37,287 nt of DNA. Origin: Pseudobdellovibrionaceae bacterium. Its GTDB lineage: Bacteria; Bdellovibrionota; Bdellovibrionia; Bdellovibrionales; Bdellovibrionaceae. Made by a program: the position numbers and the translations under genes. Below the pieces are notes generated by a model that searched no databases, was not told the DNA's origin, and saw nothing but the letters and a program-made list of their open reading frames with translations. The stretch lies in NCBI GenBank assembly GCA_039810425.1, contig JBDHWW010000029.1, positions 1 through 37,287 of the forward strand, written 5' to 3'. Shown piece by piece: positions 8,489 through 18,286 of this stretch. Every line of letters begins with the position of its first letter. Position 1 is the first letter of the stretch.

Positions 8489-8523
8489 CCCCCGGCATTC
8501 AGGGGCGTCATCCGGGGGTTTTT
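8489..8523 (+). terminator. Possible terminator after cpaF
   Basis: CCCCCGG/CCGGGGG stem with a large 16-nt loop followed by TTTTT. Confidence 0.45.
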
Positions 8524-8539
8524 GCTAGTATAAACCCCT

Positions 8540-9436
8540 ATGAAATTGACCCTGTTGTTGGCCTCTGCGGCTCTCGTTGGAGCCTGCACTCCGAAAAATA
8601 ACTTTGTGGAAGCACTTCCGATGGAAGACCAGCATTCCATTGTTTGGAACGAGGACACCCGCGAGGACGTCAGTGCCTTTGATGAGGACGGCCCGCTCGC
8701 CCAAGCAACGGCGCTTTTTATTCGCGACTACCGCCTAAAAAAGGATGACCATGACGACTTCAATTTTGAAGGCCGCCCGTTGGGCTCAGCCTACCCGATC
8801 TGTAAAGATGAAAAATTCCTCGATCAGAATATCTTGGGTCATTGCTCGGGAGTTCTCATCGGTCCTCGGCAAGTTCTGACGGCAGGTCACTGTGTGCCTG
8901 AAGAAAAATTCTGCACCGAAAGCTTCGTGATGTTTGGATATACCCAAATCAAAGCGATGGGTTTGAAACTCAGGGGCAATGACGTCTATGCTTGTAAGCG
9001 AATCATCAAGCTTGAACACACCAGCACCCGTGACTATGCGATCGTTGAACTTGATCGCGACGTGACCCAGGCCCAACCGGTGAAGATCGGCCGCGCGGAC
9101 GTGCTTAAAGAGAATGAGCCCGTATTGAGCCTTTCATATCCGCTGGGCTTGCCCTTGAAGCGCGACGAAGGTTCTGTTTTGAAAAATTCGGCCGGCAGTT
9201 TCCATCTGGGAGTCCGGGCCGACACCTTTTCCGGAAGCTCCGGCTCTCCGCTATTTAACCGTCAGAATGAGCTTGTCGGCATTCTCAGTTCGGGCACTGA
9301 AGACTTCGATGAAGGCGAAGTCCTCAGAATCCAAGAAGAGAAAAAACCCGGCGCTTGCGTTCATTTCAAGCGCTGCACGGACTCAACCTGCACCGGCGAA
9401 CGCTATCTCAAGACCGAAGGTATTGAGTTCCCTTAG
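8540..9436 (+). CDS. Trypsin-like (S1) serine protease, lipoprotein
   Basis: Lipobox LVGAC; CSGVLIG, LTAGHC (His), DYAIV (Asp), GSSGSP (Ser). Confidence 0.9.
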   Translation: MKLTLLLASAALVGACTPKNNFVEALPMEDQHSIVWNEDTREDVSAFDEDGPLAQATALFIRDYRLKKDDHDDFNFEGRPLGSAYPICKDEKFLDQNILGHCSGVLIGPRQVLTAGHCVPEEKFCTESFVMFGYTQIKAMGLKLRGNDVYACKRIIKLEHTSTRDYAIVELDRDVTQAQPVKIGRADVLKENEPVLSLSYPLGLPLKRDEGSVLKNSAGSFHLGVRADTFSGSSGSPLFNRQNELVGILSSGTEDFDEGEVLRIQEEKKPGACVHFKRCTDSTCTGERYLKTEGIEFP

Positions 9437-9509
9437 TCATCGCAATATCAGCATAGAATCCGGGCAACCTATTTTCCACCAGCGAAAAACCGTCCCGCCC
9501 CGGCCCAGT

Positions 9510-9527
9510 CATTACATGAATGTAATG
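9510..9527. promoter_or_regulatory. Perfect 8-2-8 palindrome, candidate operator
   Basis: CATTACAT-GA-ATGTAATG upstream of the alpha/beta hydrolase. Confidence 0.45.
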
Positions 9528-9581
9528 CAACGGCAAACAAAGCTGAAGACACGGGCTGTTGAGTTTGCTAAACTCACCGGG

Positions 9582-10454
9582 ATGAGACCATGTGACCGCA
9601 AATACTACTATGGCGAACCGGGAAAGAAGCTTCTCATTCAAGAGTGGGGCTCTGAGGATTTACCAGTGGTTTTGTTCGTTCATGGCTTTCCGGGATGCGC
9701 AGATCACGGCGGCCTGATGGCGGCTTCATCAAAGTGGGGCGCCTTTCGCCTGATTGCCATGGACCGCCCCGGCTATGGCCAATCCGACCTGCAGAAAAAA
9801 ATCACGCCTTATAAATTTGCCAACCAGATCAAAGCTTTTTTGGATGAAAAAGCTATTCAAGAGCTTTCTATCATCACCGTGAGCGGTGGCGCCCCCTACG
9901 CCATGGCAACGGCCCACCTCTTGAAAGAGCGCGTTCGCAAACTGACTTCGGTTGCGGGAGCCGCTCCTTTAACTTTAAAAAACTGCCGCTACATGAACTC
10001 CACTCAAGTGCGCATGTGGATGCTACGGACCTTCGTTCCTCAGCCGGTTTTGGAATACACCATGGGCCGTCTTTGGAAGTCCGGGATCGAAAAAGTCGAC
10101 CAATTCCTTTTCAACGAATCCAGCGAGTTCTCGCCGCCGGATCAAGAGGTCTTTGCCCACGCCGAAATTGGCCCGTTGTTGACCAGCACTCTGAAAACGG
10201 CCCTGTCACAGGGGCCAGGCGCTCTGCTAGAAGATCTTCAAGTGATTAAGAGCTCTTGGGGATTTCCATTGAATGAGGTCATCTGCCCTGTGACTTTGTG
10301 GCACGGCGGTTCTGACAATGTCATTCATTACAAGTACGCCTATGAAATGGAAAAACTTTTGCCGAAGGCCAAGTTAAAATTCATTTCCGACGAAGGCCAC
10401 TACTCTATTTCGCTGAATCGCCGCGATGAGATCCTCGGCGATTTGTTATTCTAA
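9582..10454 (+). CDS. Alpha/beta fold hydrolase
   Basis: FVHGFPG, IAMDRPGYGQS, nucleophile elbow TVSGG, PVTLWHG.SD, EGH; start 9582 chosen because TGcTAAACT lies 7 nt upstream (9516 is an alternative). Confidence 0.85.
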   Translation: MRPCDRKYYYGEPGKKLLIQEWGSEDLPVVLFVHGFPGCADHGGLMAASSKWGAFRLIAMDRPGYGQSDLQKKITPYKFANQIKAFLDEKAIQELSIITVSGGAPYAMATAHLLKERVRKLTSVAGAAPLTLKNCRYMNSTQVRMWMLRTFVPQPVLEYTMGRLWKSGIEKVDQFLFNESSEFSPPDQEVFAHAEIGPLLTSTLKTALSQGPGALLEDLQVIKSSWGFPLNEVICPVTLWHGGSDNVIHYKYAYEMEKLLPKAKLKFISDEGHYSISLNRRDEILGDLLF

Positions 10455-10496
10455 GCCATCCGCCGGCGCCATTCACTATTACCATCAAAATTCCTG

Positions 10497-11996
10497 TTAG
10501 ATTCGCGACTCGAGGTACTCGATCAGCGCTTGCACCGGCTGGCCACTGCCACCCTGGGCGCCCAGCGCGCCTTGAGCCTTGTCCGTCCATGCGTACACAT
10601 CTAAGTGAGCCCATTTTTTTCCGCGCACGAATTTTTGCAGGAAGAGTGCGGCCGTGATCGCGCCGCCGAAACTGCCGCCGGAGTTTTTGAAATCCGCAAA
10701 TGGCGAAGACAAATCACCGAAGTACTTGTTGAACAAAGGCATGCGCCAGTTCAAATCCCCCGCGCGAACGCCGGCGGAGTTCAATGAATCCGCCAGTTCA
10801 TCGTCGTTCGAGAACAAGCCCGCGATATCGACACCCAAGCCCACTTTAATCGCGCCGGTCAAAGTCGCCACGTTAATAACAACTTCTGGCTCATCAGCAC
10901 CTTTCTGGGTGACAGCAACGTCCAAAGCATCCGCCAACACCAAGCGGCCTTCCGCATCGGTGTTGTCGATTTCCACGCTCAAACCGTTGCGGGCGACGCA
11001 CACATCACTTGGGCGGAATGATTTTGCATCGACAGAGTTTTCAGCAAGCGCCATGTAGAAATCCACCGGCCCTGGATACTTAATGGCCGCAACCCAGGAA
11101 GCAAGGCCCAAGATGCTTGCCGCCCCCCCCATGTCTTTTTTCATCAGGCGCATCGCTGCGGAAGGTTTCAAATCCAAACCACCCGTATCAAATGTGACTC
11201 CCTTACCGACGAAGGCGATCGGTTTCAAATTCGATTTCTTCGCCGTTGGACGGTACTTTATGTGCAACAAGTAAGGGCCAAACTCGGCCCCTTGCCCCAC
11301 GCCTAAGATCAAACCCGCTTTTTCTTTTTCTAAGCGCGCTTTATCCCACACCGCGATTTTCATGGTTGCCGGGAATCCCATCTTCTTTGCAAAATCAACG
11401 AATGTTTTTGGATTGAGCTCATTCGGTGGCAAATTCACCAAGTGGCGGGCCACGTTCACCGCCATTGCGCGAGCCTGAGCTTGGTGCAATGTGCTCTTGT
11501 CAAAGTCTCCGAGAGATTTCTGCAAATACACTTCAGGCCACTCTTGGGGTTTTTCCTCAAACACAGAGCGGAAGTTGTAAGAAGCGACTTCCATCCCCAC
11601 CAGCGAACCGAGTTCGTGTTCGAAATCAGTGCCGATGTACTCAAGTCGGACCTGAGCCAATGCATGCGCCTTGAAGTGACCAAACAAAGCTCCGAACAAA
11701 TCGCGGCTAAATGCATAGTCGGACTCTTCTAAAAGACCCTGATGCTGGGGAGTTTCATTTTTGCGGCGGGGGCGAATGATCCAAACCGGGCCTTTGACGC
11801 CAACGAAGAAAACCATCTCGCGTTCGTTTTTCTTGAGGTCCGCAAGCTGCCAGTTCAACGCATGCTCTTCGGCGAGGGAGAGAAATTTATTTTTATCGTT
11901 CGTCCCCAAATAATAAACATAGCCGATATTCGCGTTTTTAGGCGTTTTTGGCTCTTTTCCAACAACAAAACTGTCCAACCAAGATTTAAATCGCAT
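10497..11996 (-). CDS. M17 leucyl aminopeptidase family protein
   Basis: VGKGVTFDTGG, MKKDMGG, NTDAEGRL, ATLTGA, WAHLD. Confidence 0.95.
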   Translation of the reverse strand: MRFKSWLDSFVVGKEPKTPKNANIGYVYYLGTNDKNKFLSLAEEHALNWQLADLKKNEREMVFFVGVKGPVWIIRPRRKNETPQHQGLLEESDYAFSRDLFGALFGHFKAHALAQVRLEYIGTDFEHELGSLVGMEVASYNFRSVFEEKPQEWPEVYLQKSLGDFDKSTLHQAQARAMAVNVARHLVNLPPNELNPKTFVDFAKKMGFPATMKIAVWDKARLEKEKAGLILGVGQGAEFGPYLLHIKYRPTAKKSNLKPIAFVGKGVTFDTGGLDLKPSAAMRLMKKDMGGAASILGLASWVAAIKYPGPVDFYMALAENSVDAKSFRPSDVCVARNGLSVEIDNTDAEGRLVLADALDVAVTQKGADEPEVVINVATLTGAIKVGLGVDIAGLFSNDDELADSLNSAGVRAGDLNWRMPLFNKYFGDLSSPFADFKNSGGSFGGAITAALFLQKFVRGKKWAHLDVYAWTDKAQGALGAQGGSGQPVQALIEYLESRI

Positions 11997-12054
11997 GTGT
12001 CACCCCTAGAATTAGTTTGTGATTCTGCCACGATTTTTCTTACAATGTAAGAGC

Positions 12055-13089
12055 ATGGCATGGTCTGAAGCCTTAAATATCAAATTTTGTTTTCTCAACG
12101 CAGAGAATCTCTTTCTGCTGTTTGACGAGGCTCCCGCAGTGGAAGCGCTGAAACTGGATGAGACCAAGTGGCAGCGCCTGTCGACCTCCACCTATGAGAA
12201 CAAGCCTTTGGCAAAATGCCTGGAACTGGCGAAGACGCTCAAAGACATCGACGCCGACATCATCATGCTCTGTGAAGTCGGCGGAGCGGAATCGCTCAAG
12301 AATTTTAACGAATTATTCCTAAACAGCGCCTACTCCCCGATTTTGACGGAAGGCAACTCCAATCGGAACATCGACGTGGGATTCTTGATTCGCAAGAACA
12401 TGCCGTTTTACTTTGATCTCCAGTCGAACAAAAACCGCCTGATCAATTACCTGTACCCCCACGAGCGCGCCTCAATGGAGAACAACTATCCTGTGAGTAG
12501 CGTCAAAAACCCGACGACGAGTCATAAGTTTTCGCGCGACGTGGCAGAGTTGAGGCTTTTCAAGACGGACGTCGAAAAACCGTTCCTAGGAATTTTACTG
12601 ACTCACTTGAAATCCCGCCTTGATCCCGAGGGTATTGATCCGGGAGGATTCGAGCGCCGTCAAGCCGAGCTCCAAGCTTTGGTTGAAATCTACAAAGAGT
12701 ACGAAGCAAAACATCCCGGAACCCCCGTCATGGTGGTTGGTGACTTTAACGGAAACGCCGGCGTGCAGAACACAGACGAAGAGTTCAAAGCGCTTTACGA
12801 GAACACAGAACTTAAAGACGTACTTGAACTAAGTAATGTGACTACAGAAAATAGAGCGACTTTCTATCAGGTGCGATCTTCGAGCCGCACCGAAGGCCGT
12901 CAGATTGACTTCTGCTTCCTCTCACCGCTTTTAGCGACGGAGCTTAAGCCGAATAGCTCCTATGTTTACCGTTACAAAGATGAGTTCGGCATGGGCGTTG
13001 GCATTCCAATGACATTGGAAGCCAAACTTCGCCTGCCTTCGGATCACTACCCGATCGTTTTTGAAATCGCCAATATGAAAATCTGGTGA
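12055..13089 (+). CDS. Endonuclease/exonuclease/phosphatase (EEP) family protein
   Basis: NAENL, LCEV, THLKS, GDFN, IDF, PSDHYP motifs; start 12055 lies 8 nt after TACAAT. Confidence 0.85.
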   Translation: MAWSEALNIKFCFLNAENLFLLFDEAPAVEALKLDETKWQRLSTSTYENKPLAKCLELAKTLKDIDADIIMLCEVGGAESLKNFNELFLNSAYSPILTEGNSNRNIDVGFLIRKNMPFYFDLQSNKNRLINYLYPHERASMENNYPVSSVKNPTTSHKFSRDVAELRLFKTDVEKPFLGILLTHLKSRLDPEGIDPGGFERRQAELQALVEIYKEYEAKHPGTPVMVVGDFNGNAGVQNTDEEFKALYENTELKDVLELSNVTTENRATFYQVRSSSRTEGRQIDFCFLSPLLATELKPNSSYVYRYKDEFGMGVGIPMTLEAKLRLPSDHYPIVFEIANMKIW

Positions 13090-13128
13090 TTGACCGGCCC
13101 GGAATTCGACTTTAAATTGGCACATGTT

Positions 13129-13518
13129 ATGCCCATTCAGAAATCAACGACTCCTCATATTCAGGTGGATGTTACGGCGTCTTATATTCCAGCGGAATCA
13201 CGCCCGGAGCAGAACTATCATTTTTTTGCCTATAAAATCAGTATTAAAAACACCGGCAGCCGCATGGCCCAACTCATGAGTCGCCACTGGATTATCACCG
13301 ATGGACTTGGACGCACTGAAGATGTTCGCGGCCCTGGAGTTGTGGGGTTGCAACCCAAGATCACAGCTGGCCAAACATTTGAATACGAGAGCGCATGCCC
13401 ACTCAGCACGTCTTCCGGTTCAATGAAGGGTTCATATCAAATGGTCAACGAAGAGGGCGAAACTTTCTCTGTTGAAATCCCAGAGTTCTATCTGATCGCA
13501 CCTCAAGCTTTGCATTGA
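13129..13518 (+). CDS. apaG: ApaG protein
   Basis: FAYKI.I.N.G...QL.SRHWIITD, V.GPGVVG.QP, FEYES.CPL.T..GSMKGSY. Confidence 0.95.
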   Translation: MPIQKSTTPHIQVDVTASYIPAESRPEQNYHFFAYKISIKNTGSRMAQLMSRHWIITDGLGRTEDVRGPGVVGLQPKITAGQTFEYESACPLSTSSGSMKGSYQMVNEEGETFSVEIPEFYLIAPQALH

Positions 13519-13533
13519 TAAAATGAGGGTGTC

Positions 13534-14127
13534 TTAGGGCGCGCGCATAAAAGTGCGCCAAGGACTCTTTGGGTCCTTGCGCTGATACACATAACGCTCG
13601 TGCAGGCGTCCGTTTTTGCCGTACCAGAACTCGAACTCTTCCGGAATGAGGTGGTATCCCCCCCAGTTTTCGGGGCATGGAACCACTTGGCCGTCAAAAG
13701 ACTTTTCATACTCGGCCACACGCTGAACGAAATACTCCGTACCTGGAATTTCAGAGCTTTGATTGGAGGCCCATGCACCAATTTGGCTGAGGCGTGCGCG
13801 CGTATTAAAGTACGCCACACTCTCTTCACGCGTGAGTCTGTGAACACGACCCGTGATACGGATCTGCTGCCACTCTTTCGGCGAATAGAAATTCACGCAG
13901 ACTTGATTGTTCTCTGCGATGGCTTTGCCTTTTGCGGAGTTATAATTACCATAAAAAGAAAGGCCCCCGCGAATCAGCCCTTTGTAATAGACAATTCTAA
14001 CGGAGGGCTTCAGGTCAGCACCGGCGGTCGCCAGTGCCATTGCATTGTGCTCAGGCTCCCCACGCTTTTCGGCTTCTTGGAGGAGCCTTTCAAAGTGTAA
14101 AAAAGGATCTACACTTAAATCAAACAC
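13534..14127 (-). CDS. pdxH: Pyridoxamine 5'-phosphate oxidase
   Basis: AMALAT, PSVRIV, NYNSAKG, SQIGAWASNQS, WGGY, EFW, RLHER. Confidence 0.93.
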   Translation of the reverse strand: MFDLSVDPFLHFERLLQEAEKRGEPEHNAMALATAGADLKPSVRIVYYKGLIRGGLSFYGNYNSAKGKAIAENNQVCVNFYSPKEWQQIRITGRVHRLTREESVAYFNTRARLSQIGAWASNQSSEIPGTEYFVQRVAEYEKSFDGQVVPCPENWGGYHLIPEEFEFWYGKNGRLHERYVYQRKDPKSPWRTFMRAP

Positions 14128-14129
14128 GA

Positions 14130-14885
14130 TTACTTAGTTTCTTTAGCGTCTTTTTTCTCTTTTTTAGCTTTACCGTGAGTCGCCGCCGCAGGAGCCGCTG
14201 CGCCACCAGCGCCAGCGCCTGGCTTCACGATATCCACCAACTCAACTTCAAATACCAACACGGAGTTTGCTGGGATGCCTGGACGACCCGAAGCACCGTA
14301 CGCCAATTCAGGTGGGACGAAGAGTTTGTACTTAGAACCCACTTTCATCATTTGAAGCGCTTCGGACCAGCCTGGAATCACACCTTGAACTGGGAACTCC
14401 GCAGGTTGTCCACGATCGTAAGAAGAGTCGAATTGAGTTCCGTCAATCAAAGTTCCTTTGTACTGAGCTTTAACTGTGTCGGTTTTAGAAGGAGTTTTGC
14501 CATCGCCTTCTTTTTCAACTTTATACTGAAGACCCGATGAAGTGACTTTTACACCTTCCGCGGACTTGTTCTTTTCCAAAAACTCAGCGCCTTTTTTCTT
14601 GTTCTCTTCAGCCGCTTCTTGTTGCTTCTTCATTGCGGATTCTTGAAGCTTCATCATCGCTTGTTGAATTTCCTCTTTCGTCATTTTGCTATCGCCTTTG
14701 ATAGCATCTTTCATCGCCATCGCCATAACGTCAGAGTCGACTTCGATGTTTTGTTGTTTCATATTGCCGCCGATTTGTTGCCCAATAGCGTAGCTAGCTT
14801 TTTTCAAATCAGTGTCCAATTTTTTTGTACAACCTACAGCCACCAAAAGGGCCGCAGACGAACCTGCAATAATCAACTTTTTCAT
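14130..14885 (-). CDS. fkpA: FKBP-type peptidyl-prolyl isomerase (FkpA/Mip-like), lipoprotein
   Basis: Lipobox AVGC; SYAIG; SGLQYKV, YKGTLIDGTQFDSSY, VIPGWSEAL, ELAYG, IPANSVLVFEVEL. Confidence 0.9.
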   Translation of the reverse strand: MKKLIIAGSSAALLVAVGCTKKLDTDLKKASYAIGQQIGGNMKQQNIEVDSDVMAMAMKDAIKGDSKMTKEEIQQAMMKLQESAMKKQQEAAEENKKKGAEFLEKNKSAEGVKVTSSGLQYKVEKEGDGKTPSKTDTVKAQYKGTLIDGTQFDSSYDRGQPAEFPVQGVIPGWSEALQMMKVGSKYKLFVPPELAYGASGRPGIPANSVLVFEVELVDIVKPGAGAGGAAAPAAATHGKAKKEKKDAKETK

Positions 14886-14972
14886 TCATTCTCCTGTTTT
14901 CTGTTCTTTAACCTTCATGGTTTTTAATTCTGAACAACCAATCTTTAATCATAATTCTCTTTTTTCAAAGGG

Positions 14973-16076
14973 TTAACATCCCGCACGAAGACTTCTTAGA
15001 TAGCCTAAAATCTCAGCGGAGGGGCCTCGATGAAGCACCTTCGGCTCCCTTTTCTCGAAGCTTTTTAAATAGAGCGGGTCGTAATAATAAAGCAAAAGTT
15101 TGCGAATCCACTCTTTGTTAGCCTCAAGTCCTCGGCCCGCGCGGTACTCCGCTTCAGAAAATGCCATATCTTGCAGCACTTCTTGTGCCCGAAGCCCGCC
15201 CAGTCTGCGGGAAATCGCTTCGATCGAGGCCCGATAGCGGGCAAAAACCTGCAGCGCCGCTGCCTCAGGACCGCGAACTAACGCTGTTCCCAGGACATAA
15301 TCTGCGAAAATATTCTCCACCCTCTGTTCGAATTTTTCGTTAACATACAATACCGGAGAGGCCCGCATTGTCAGGAAAAAGCTTTCAGGCAAGGTGCGTT
15401 GACCAATCATGCGACTTTCGTCTTCGAGCAGCGCCGGGCCTTGTGGAAAGTGAGCGCGCAATTGAATTAACCCCGCGCCGATGTGGTTTTCAAAATCCTT
15501 TTGCGACGGCTGGGGAATGTCCCAGGCGCCGAAGGCGGAACCGCGATGATGTGCGAGAGCCTCTAAATCCATCGCCGGATAGAATTCCGAAGCTTGTTTG
15601 AGGAGGTGCGTTTTTGCGCTCCCCGTGGGCCCGGTGAGTATCAGAAAATTCCCCTGATTTGAAAACTGTTCGATTTCGTCTAACAAAAACTGCCGGGCTT
15701 TTTTATACCCACCGGTGATCACTGGCCGATCGACACCGGCTTCATGCAACCAGCGCTGAGTGATTTGCGACCGAAGTCCGCCCCGGAAACAGTAAATGAC
15801 CGTCTCGGGGTGCCGGCGGATCTGCTCCCGCCACGCCTGCAGGCGCGACTCTTTGACCTCCCCCGACACTAAAGAGTGACCGAGCTCGATGGCCTTTTCG
15901 CGCCCCACGTTTTTGTAGGCCGTTCCCACCAGCGCGCGCTCTTCATTGTCCATGATTGGCAGATTGACCGCCCCCGGAAGCGCGCCCTGCTGAAACTCAA
16001 CCGGCGCCCTGACGTCTATCAGAGGAACTTTGTTTGTAAACAGCCCCCGGAGACCGGCGTCTTGGATATTACTCAA
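14973..16076 (-). CDS. mnmH: tRNA 2-selenouridine synthase (SelU/MnmH)
   Basis: Rhodanese IDVRAPVEF, YCFRGGLRS; P-loop GPTGSAKT; DLEALAHHRGSAFG; EDES; YYDPLY; probable TTG start at 16076 with AGGTG RBS overlapping the selD stop. Confidence 0.93.
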   Translation of the reverse strand: MSNIQDAGLRGLFTNKVPLIDVRAPVEFQQGALPGAVNLPIMDNEERALVGTAYKNVGREKAIELGHSLVSGEVKESRLQAWREQIRRHPETVIYCFRGGLRSQITQRWLHEAGVDRPVITGGYKKARQFLLDEIEQFSNQGNFLILTGPTGSAKTHLLKQASEFYPAMDLEALAHHRGSAFGAWDIPQPSQKDFENHIGAGLIQLRAHFPQGPALLEDESRMIGQRTLPESFFLTMRASPVLYVNEKFEQRVENIFADYVLGTALVRGPEAAALQVFARYRASIEAISRRLGGLRAQEVLQDMAFSEAEYRAGRGLEANKEWIRKLLLYYYDPLYLKSFEKREPKVLHRGPSAEILGYLRSLRAGC

Positions 16077-17124
16077 AGCACACCTGTGAAACAAAGTTTT
16101 CACGCGGGAGGACCTCGCCCACAATCTCCGCTTTCGCAAAGCCCTTTCGCAGTTGGCGAAGGACTTCAGGCGCTTGGTTTTTTTGAACCGACAAGAGCAA
16201 GCCACCGCTGGTTTGCGGGTCATGCAACAACTGCTTTTGCCCTTCGGACAATCCTGCGAATTGAGTGGTTTCCGCCGTGTACTGAGCATTGCTTCGATGT
16301 GCTTTTGTCAGGAAGGACTTTTCAAGGAACTCCAAGGCACGGGCGAACTTTGGCAGAGCTTCAAAGCAAAATTTCATGCTGACTTGACTCGCTTTTGCCA
16401 TCTGCATGCTGTGGCCCGAAAGGCCGAAGCCCGTGATATCCGTTGCAGAATGAATTGCCGCCACCACGTCTGCCGTCAAAAAATCGACGGCATTGTTTAA
16501 TTGAGCCATGCTTTTCAGAGCCTCGCCGATCTCGTTTTCCGAGGCCGCACGACGTTTTAACGCCGCGGTCATCGTGCCGGTCCCCAGCGCTTTGGTGAGG
16601 ATCAACACATCCCCCGGCTGGGCCTTGGCGTTCGACCACACTTTGTCTGGATGAACAAAACCAGTCACAGAAAGGCCGAACTTCAAAGTGTCATCATCAA
16701 TCGAATGCCCGCCGACAAAGTTGGCCTTGGCTTCGGCGATCACATCGCTCGCCCCTTGCATAACATCGACGATCACGGACTCAGGCATGCTTGCCAAAGG
16801 AAAGGCCAAAATCCCCATCGCCGTCATCGGTTTCCCTCCCATGGCATAGACATCGCTGAGAGAGTTCGCGGCGGCAATCCGACCGAAGAGTTTTGGCGTA
16901 TCCACAATCGGTGTGAAAAAATCGAGGGTTTGAACCAGCGCCACGTCATCATTGATTTTATAAATAGCGGCATCGTCAAACAAACCGCCATCCACAAGCA
17001 AGGCCGGATGGGCCTGGGGAAAGCGGACCTGGGAGAGGATTTTTCGCAGTTCCGAGGCCGCTACTTTCGCAGCACACCCGCCTTTTTGCACGGTTTGAGT
17101 AAGAGCAATGCTTTCTGAGCTCAT
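16069..17124 (-). CDS. selD: Selenide, water dikinase (selenophosphate synthetase), Cys form
   Basis: GGCAAK (TGT codon), DDAA, DFFTPIVD, NSLSDVYAMGG, GGHS, TDITGFGL.GH, DPQTSGGLL. Confidence 0.96.
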   Translation of the reverse strand: MSSESIALTQTVQKGGCAAKVAASELRKILSQVRFPQAHPALLVDGGLFDDAAIYKINDDVALVQTLDFFTPIVDTPKLFGRIAAANSLSDVYAMGGKPMTAMGILAFPLASMPESVIVDVMQGASDVIAEAKANFVGGHSIDDDTLKFGLSVTGFVHPDKVWSNAKAQPGDVLILTKALGTGTMTAALKRRAASENEIGEALKSMAQLNNAVDFLTADVVAAIHSATDITGFGLSGHSMQMAKASQVSMKFCFEALPKFARALEFLEKSFLTKAHRSNAQYTAETTQFAGLSEGQKQLLHDPQTSGGLLLSVQKNQAPEVLRQLRKGFAKAEIVGEVLPRENFVSQVCFE

Positions 17125-17198
17125 AATGGGTCATCCTATCCACTCACTTATTGCACTGCAATTTAATTCTGGCAGAATAAAAAGACTGGGGGGACTCC

Positions 17199-17585
17199 AT
17201 GAAAAAATTCAACTTTGCTTTAGCCTCTGTACTCGCGTTTTCTTTGGCCTTACCGGCTTTCGCCGAAGGTCCTAAAAAGAACAAACTCAATACAAACCTC
17301 TACGAGCAAGACGCGAAAGACTCCACAGTTTCAGGCAAGGTCAAAACCGTCCGTGAGGTTCAGGGCGACACCGAGGTTTTCATCGACAATCCCAAAGGCA
17401 ATAGCGGTCCTTACACCCTTCCCGAAAACATCAAAGACCGCGCCAAACTTCTGAATATCCTCCAAGCCAGCCAAAAAACCGGCGGCGGCTCCGTGACTAT
17501 GGGCATCGACGAACAACAACGTATTAAATCCGTTGAATCTTCCGGCGGTTCGGCTAAATCTTCTTCCTCGATTCCAGAGTTCTAA
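17199..17585 (+). CDS. Hypothetical secreted protein
   Basis: GGGGGA RBS; signal peptide ending AFA; no family recognised. Confidence 0.7.
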   Translation: MKKFNFALASVLAFSLALPAFAEGPKKNKLNTNLYEQDAKDSTVSGKVKTVREVQGDTEVFIDNPKGNSGPYTLPENIKDRAKLLNILQASQKTGGGSVTMGIDEQQRIKSVESSGGSAKSSSSIPEF

Positions 17586-17599
17586 ACTGAGGTTCCCCT

Positions 17600-18286
17600 G
17601 TGCGCATTCTCGTCGTTGAAGATCAAATTAAGATGGCAAACTTCCTCAAAAAGGGCCTGAATGAAGTGGGCTATGCCGTCGACCTTGCCGAGAATGGCGT
17701 GGATGCCGAGTCTTTCATGGCCCAAGGCGAATACGACCTTGTGATTCTTGATGTGATGTTGCCGGAGCAAAATGGCATTGAAACGGCCCGCCACATTCGC
17801 CGTGACGGCTATGAAGGCCCGATTCTGATGCTGACAGCGCTTTCAACTACCAAAGATAAAATTACCGGTCTGGACGCCGGGGCTGATGACTACTTGACCA
17901 AGCCCTATTCATTTGATGAGCTTTTGGCCCGCGTGCGCGCACTTCTTCGCCGGAAATCCCCCGCTGCGGCCAGCGGCGGAAATTCACTTTTGCAATACTC
18001 CGATCTCGAGGTTGATTTGCTTCACCGCAAAGTGCGCCGATCCAGTCAAGAGGTGAGTCTCACGACAAAAGAATTTGCGCTGCTAGAGTACCTGATCCGC
18101 AATGCCGAGCGCCCCCTTGGCCGTGTTTCTATTGCGGAACATGTATGGGATATCCACTTTGATTCTGAAAGCAATGTCATCGATGTCTATATCAACATGC
18201 TTCGCAAAAAGATCGATGCGCCTTTTAATAAAAAACTCATCCACACGGTGGTAGGCGTTGGCTACGTTCTCAAAGAAAATCCTTAA
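17600..18286 (+). CDS. OmpR-family response regulator (CusR/CzcR-like)
   Basis: MRILVVED, ILDVMLP, LTA, GADDYLTKP, LTTKEFALL, SNVIDVYI..LRKKID, TVVGVGY. Confidence 0.95.
   Translation: MRILVVEDQIKMANFLKKGLNEVGYAVDLAENGVDAESFMAQGEYDLVILDVMLPEQNGIETARHIRRDGYEGPILMLTALSTTKDKITGLDAGADDYLTKPYSFDELLARVRALLRRKSPAAASGGNSLLQYSDLEVDLLHRKVRRSSQEVSLTTKEFALLEYLIRNAERPLGRVSIAEHVWDIHFDSESNVIDVYINMLRKKIDAPFNKKLIHTVVGVGYVLKENP

Noticed and set aside
9267..9581. Long N-terminal extension of the hydrolase ORF
   Set aside because: Overlaps the trypsin gene and the spacer; the family fold and a -10 box point to a start at 9582
13117..13132. sigma54-like TTGGCACATGTTATGC at apaG
   Set aside because: The -12 element overlaps the apaG ATG, so the TSS would fall inside the gene; a sigma70-like promoter just upstream explains expression
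16077..16289. Long overlap of selU with selD as given by the ORF track
   Set aside because: The rhodanese domain starts after 16076, where a TTG with an AGGTG RBS gives a normal 8-nt overlap
17065..17085. Selenocysteine recoding in SelD
   Set aside because: The active-site codon is TGT (Cys), not TGA
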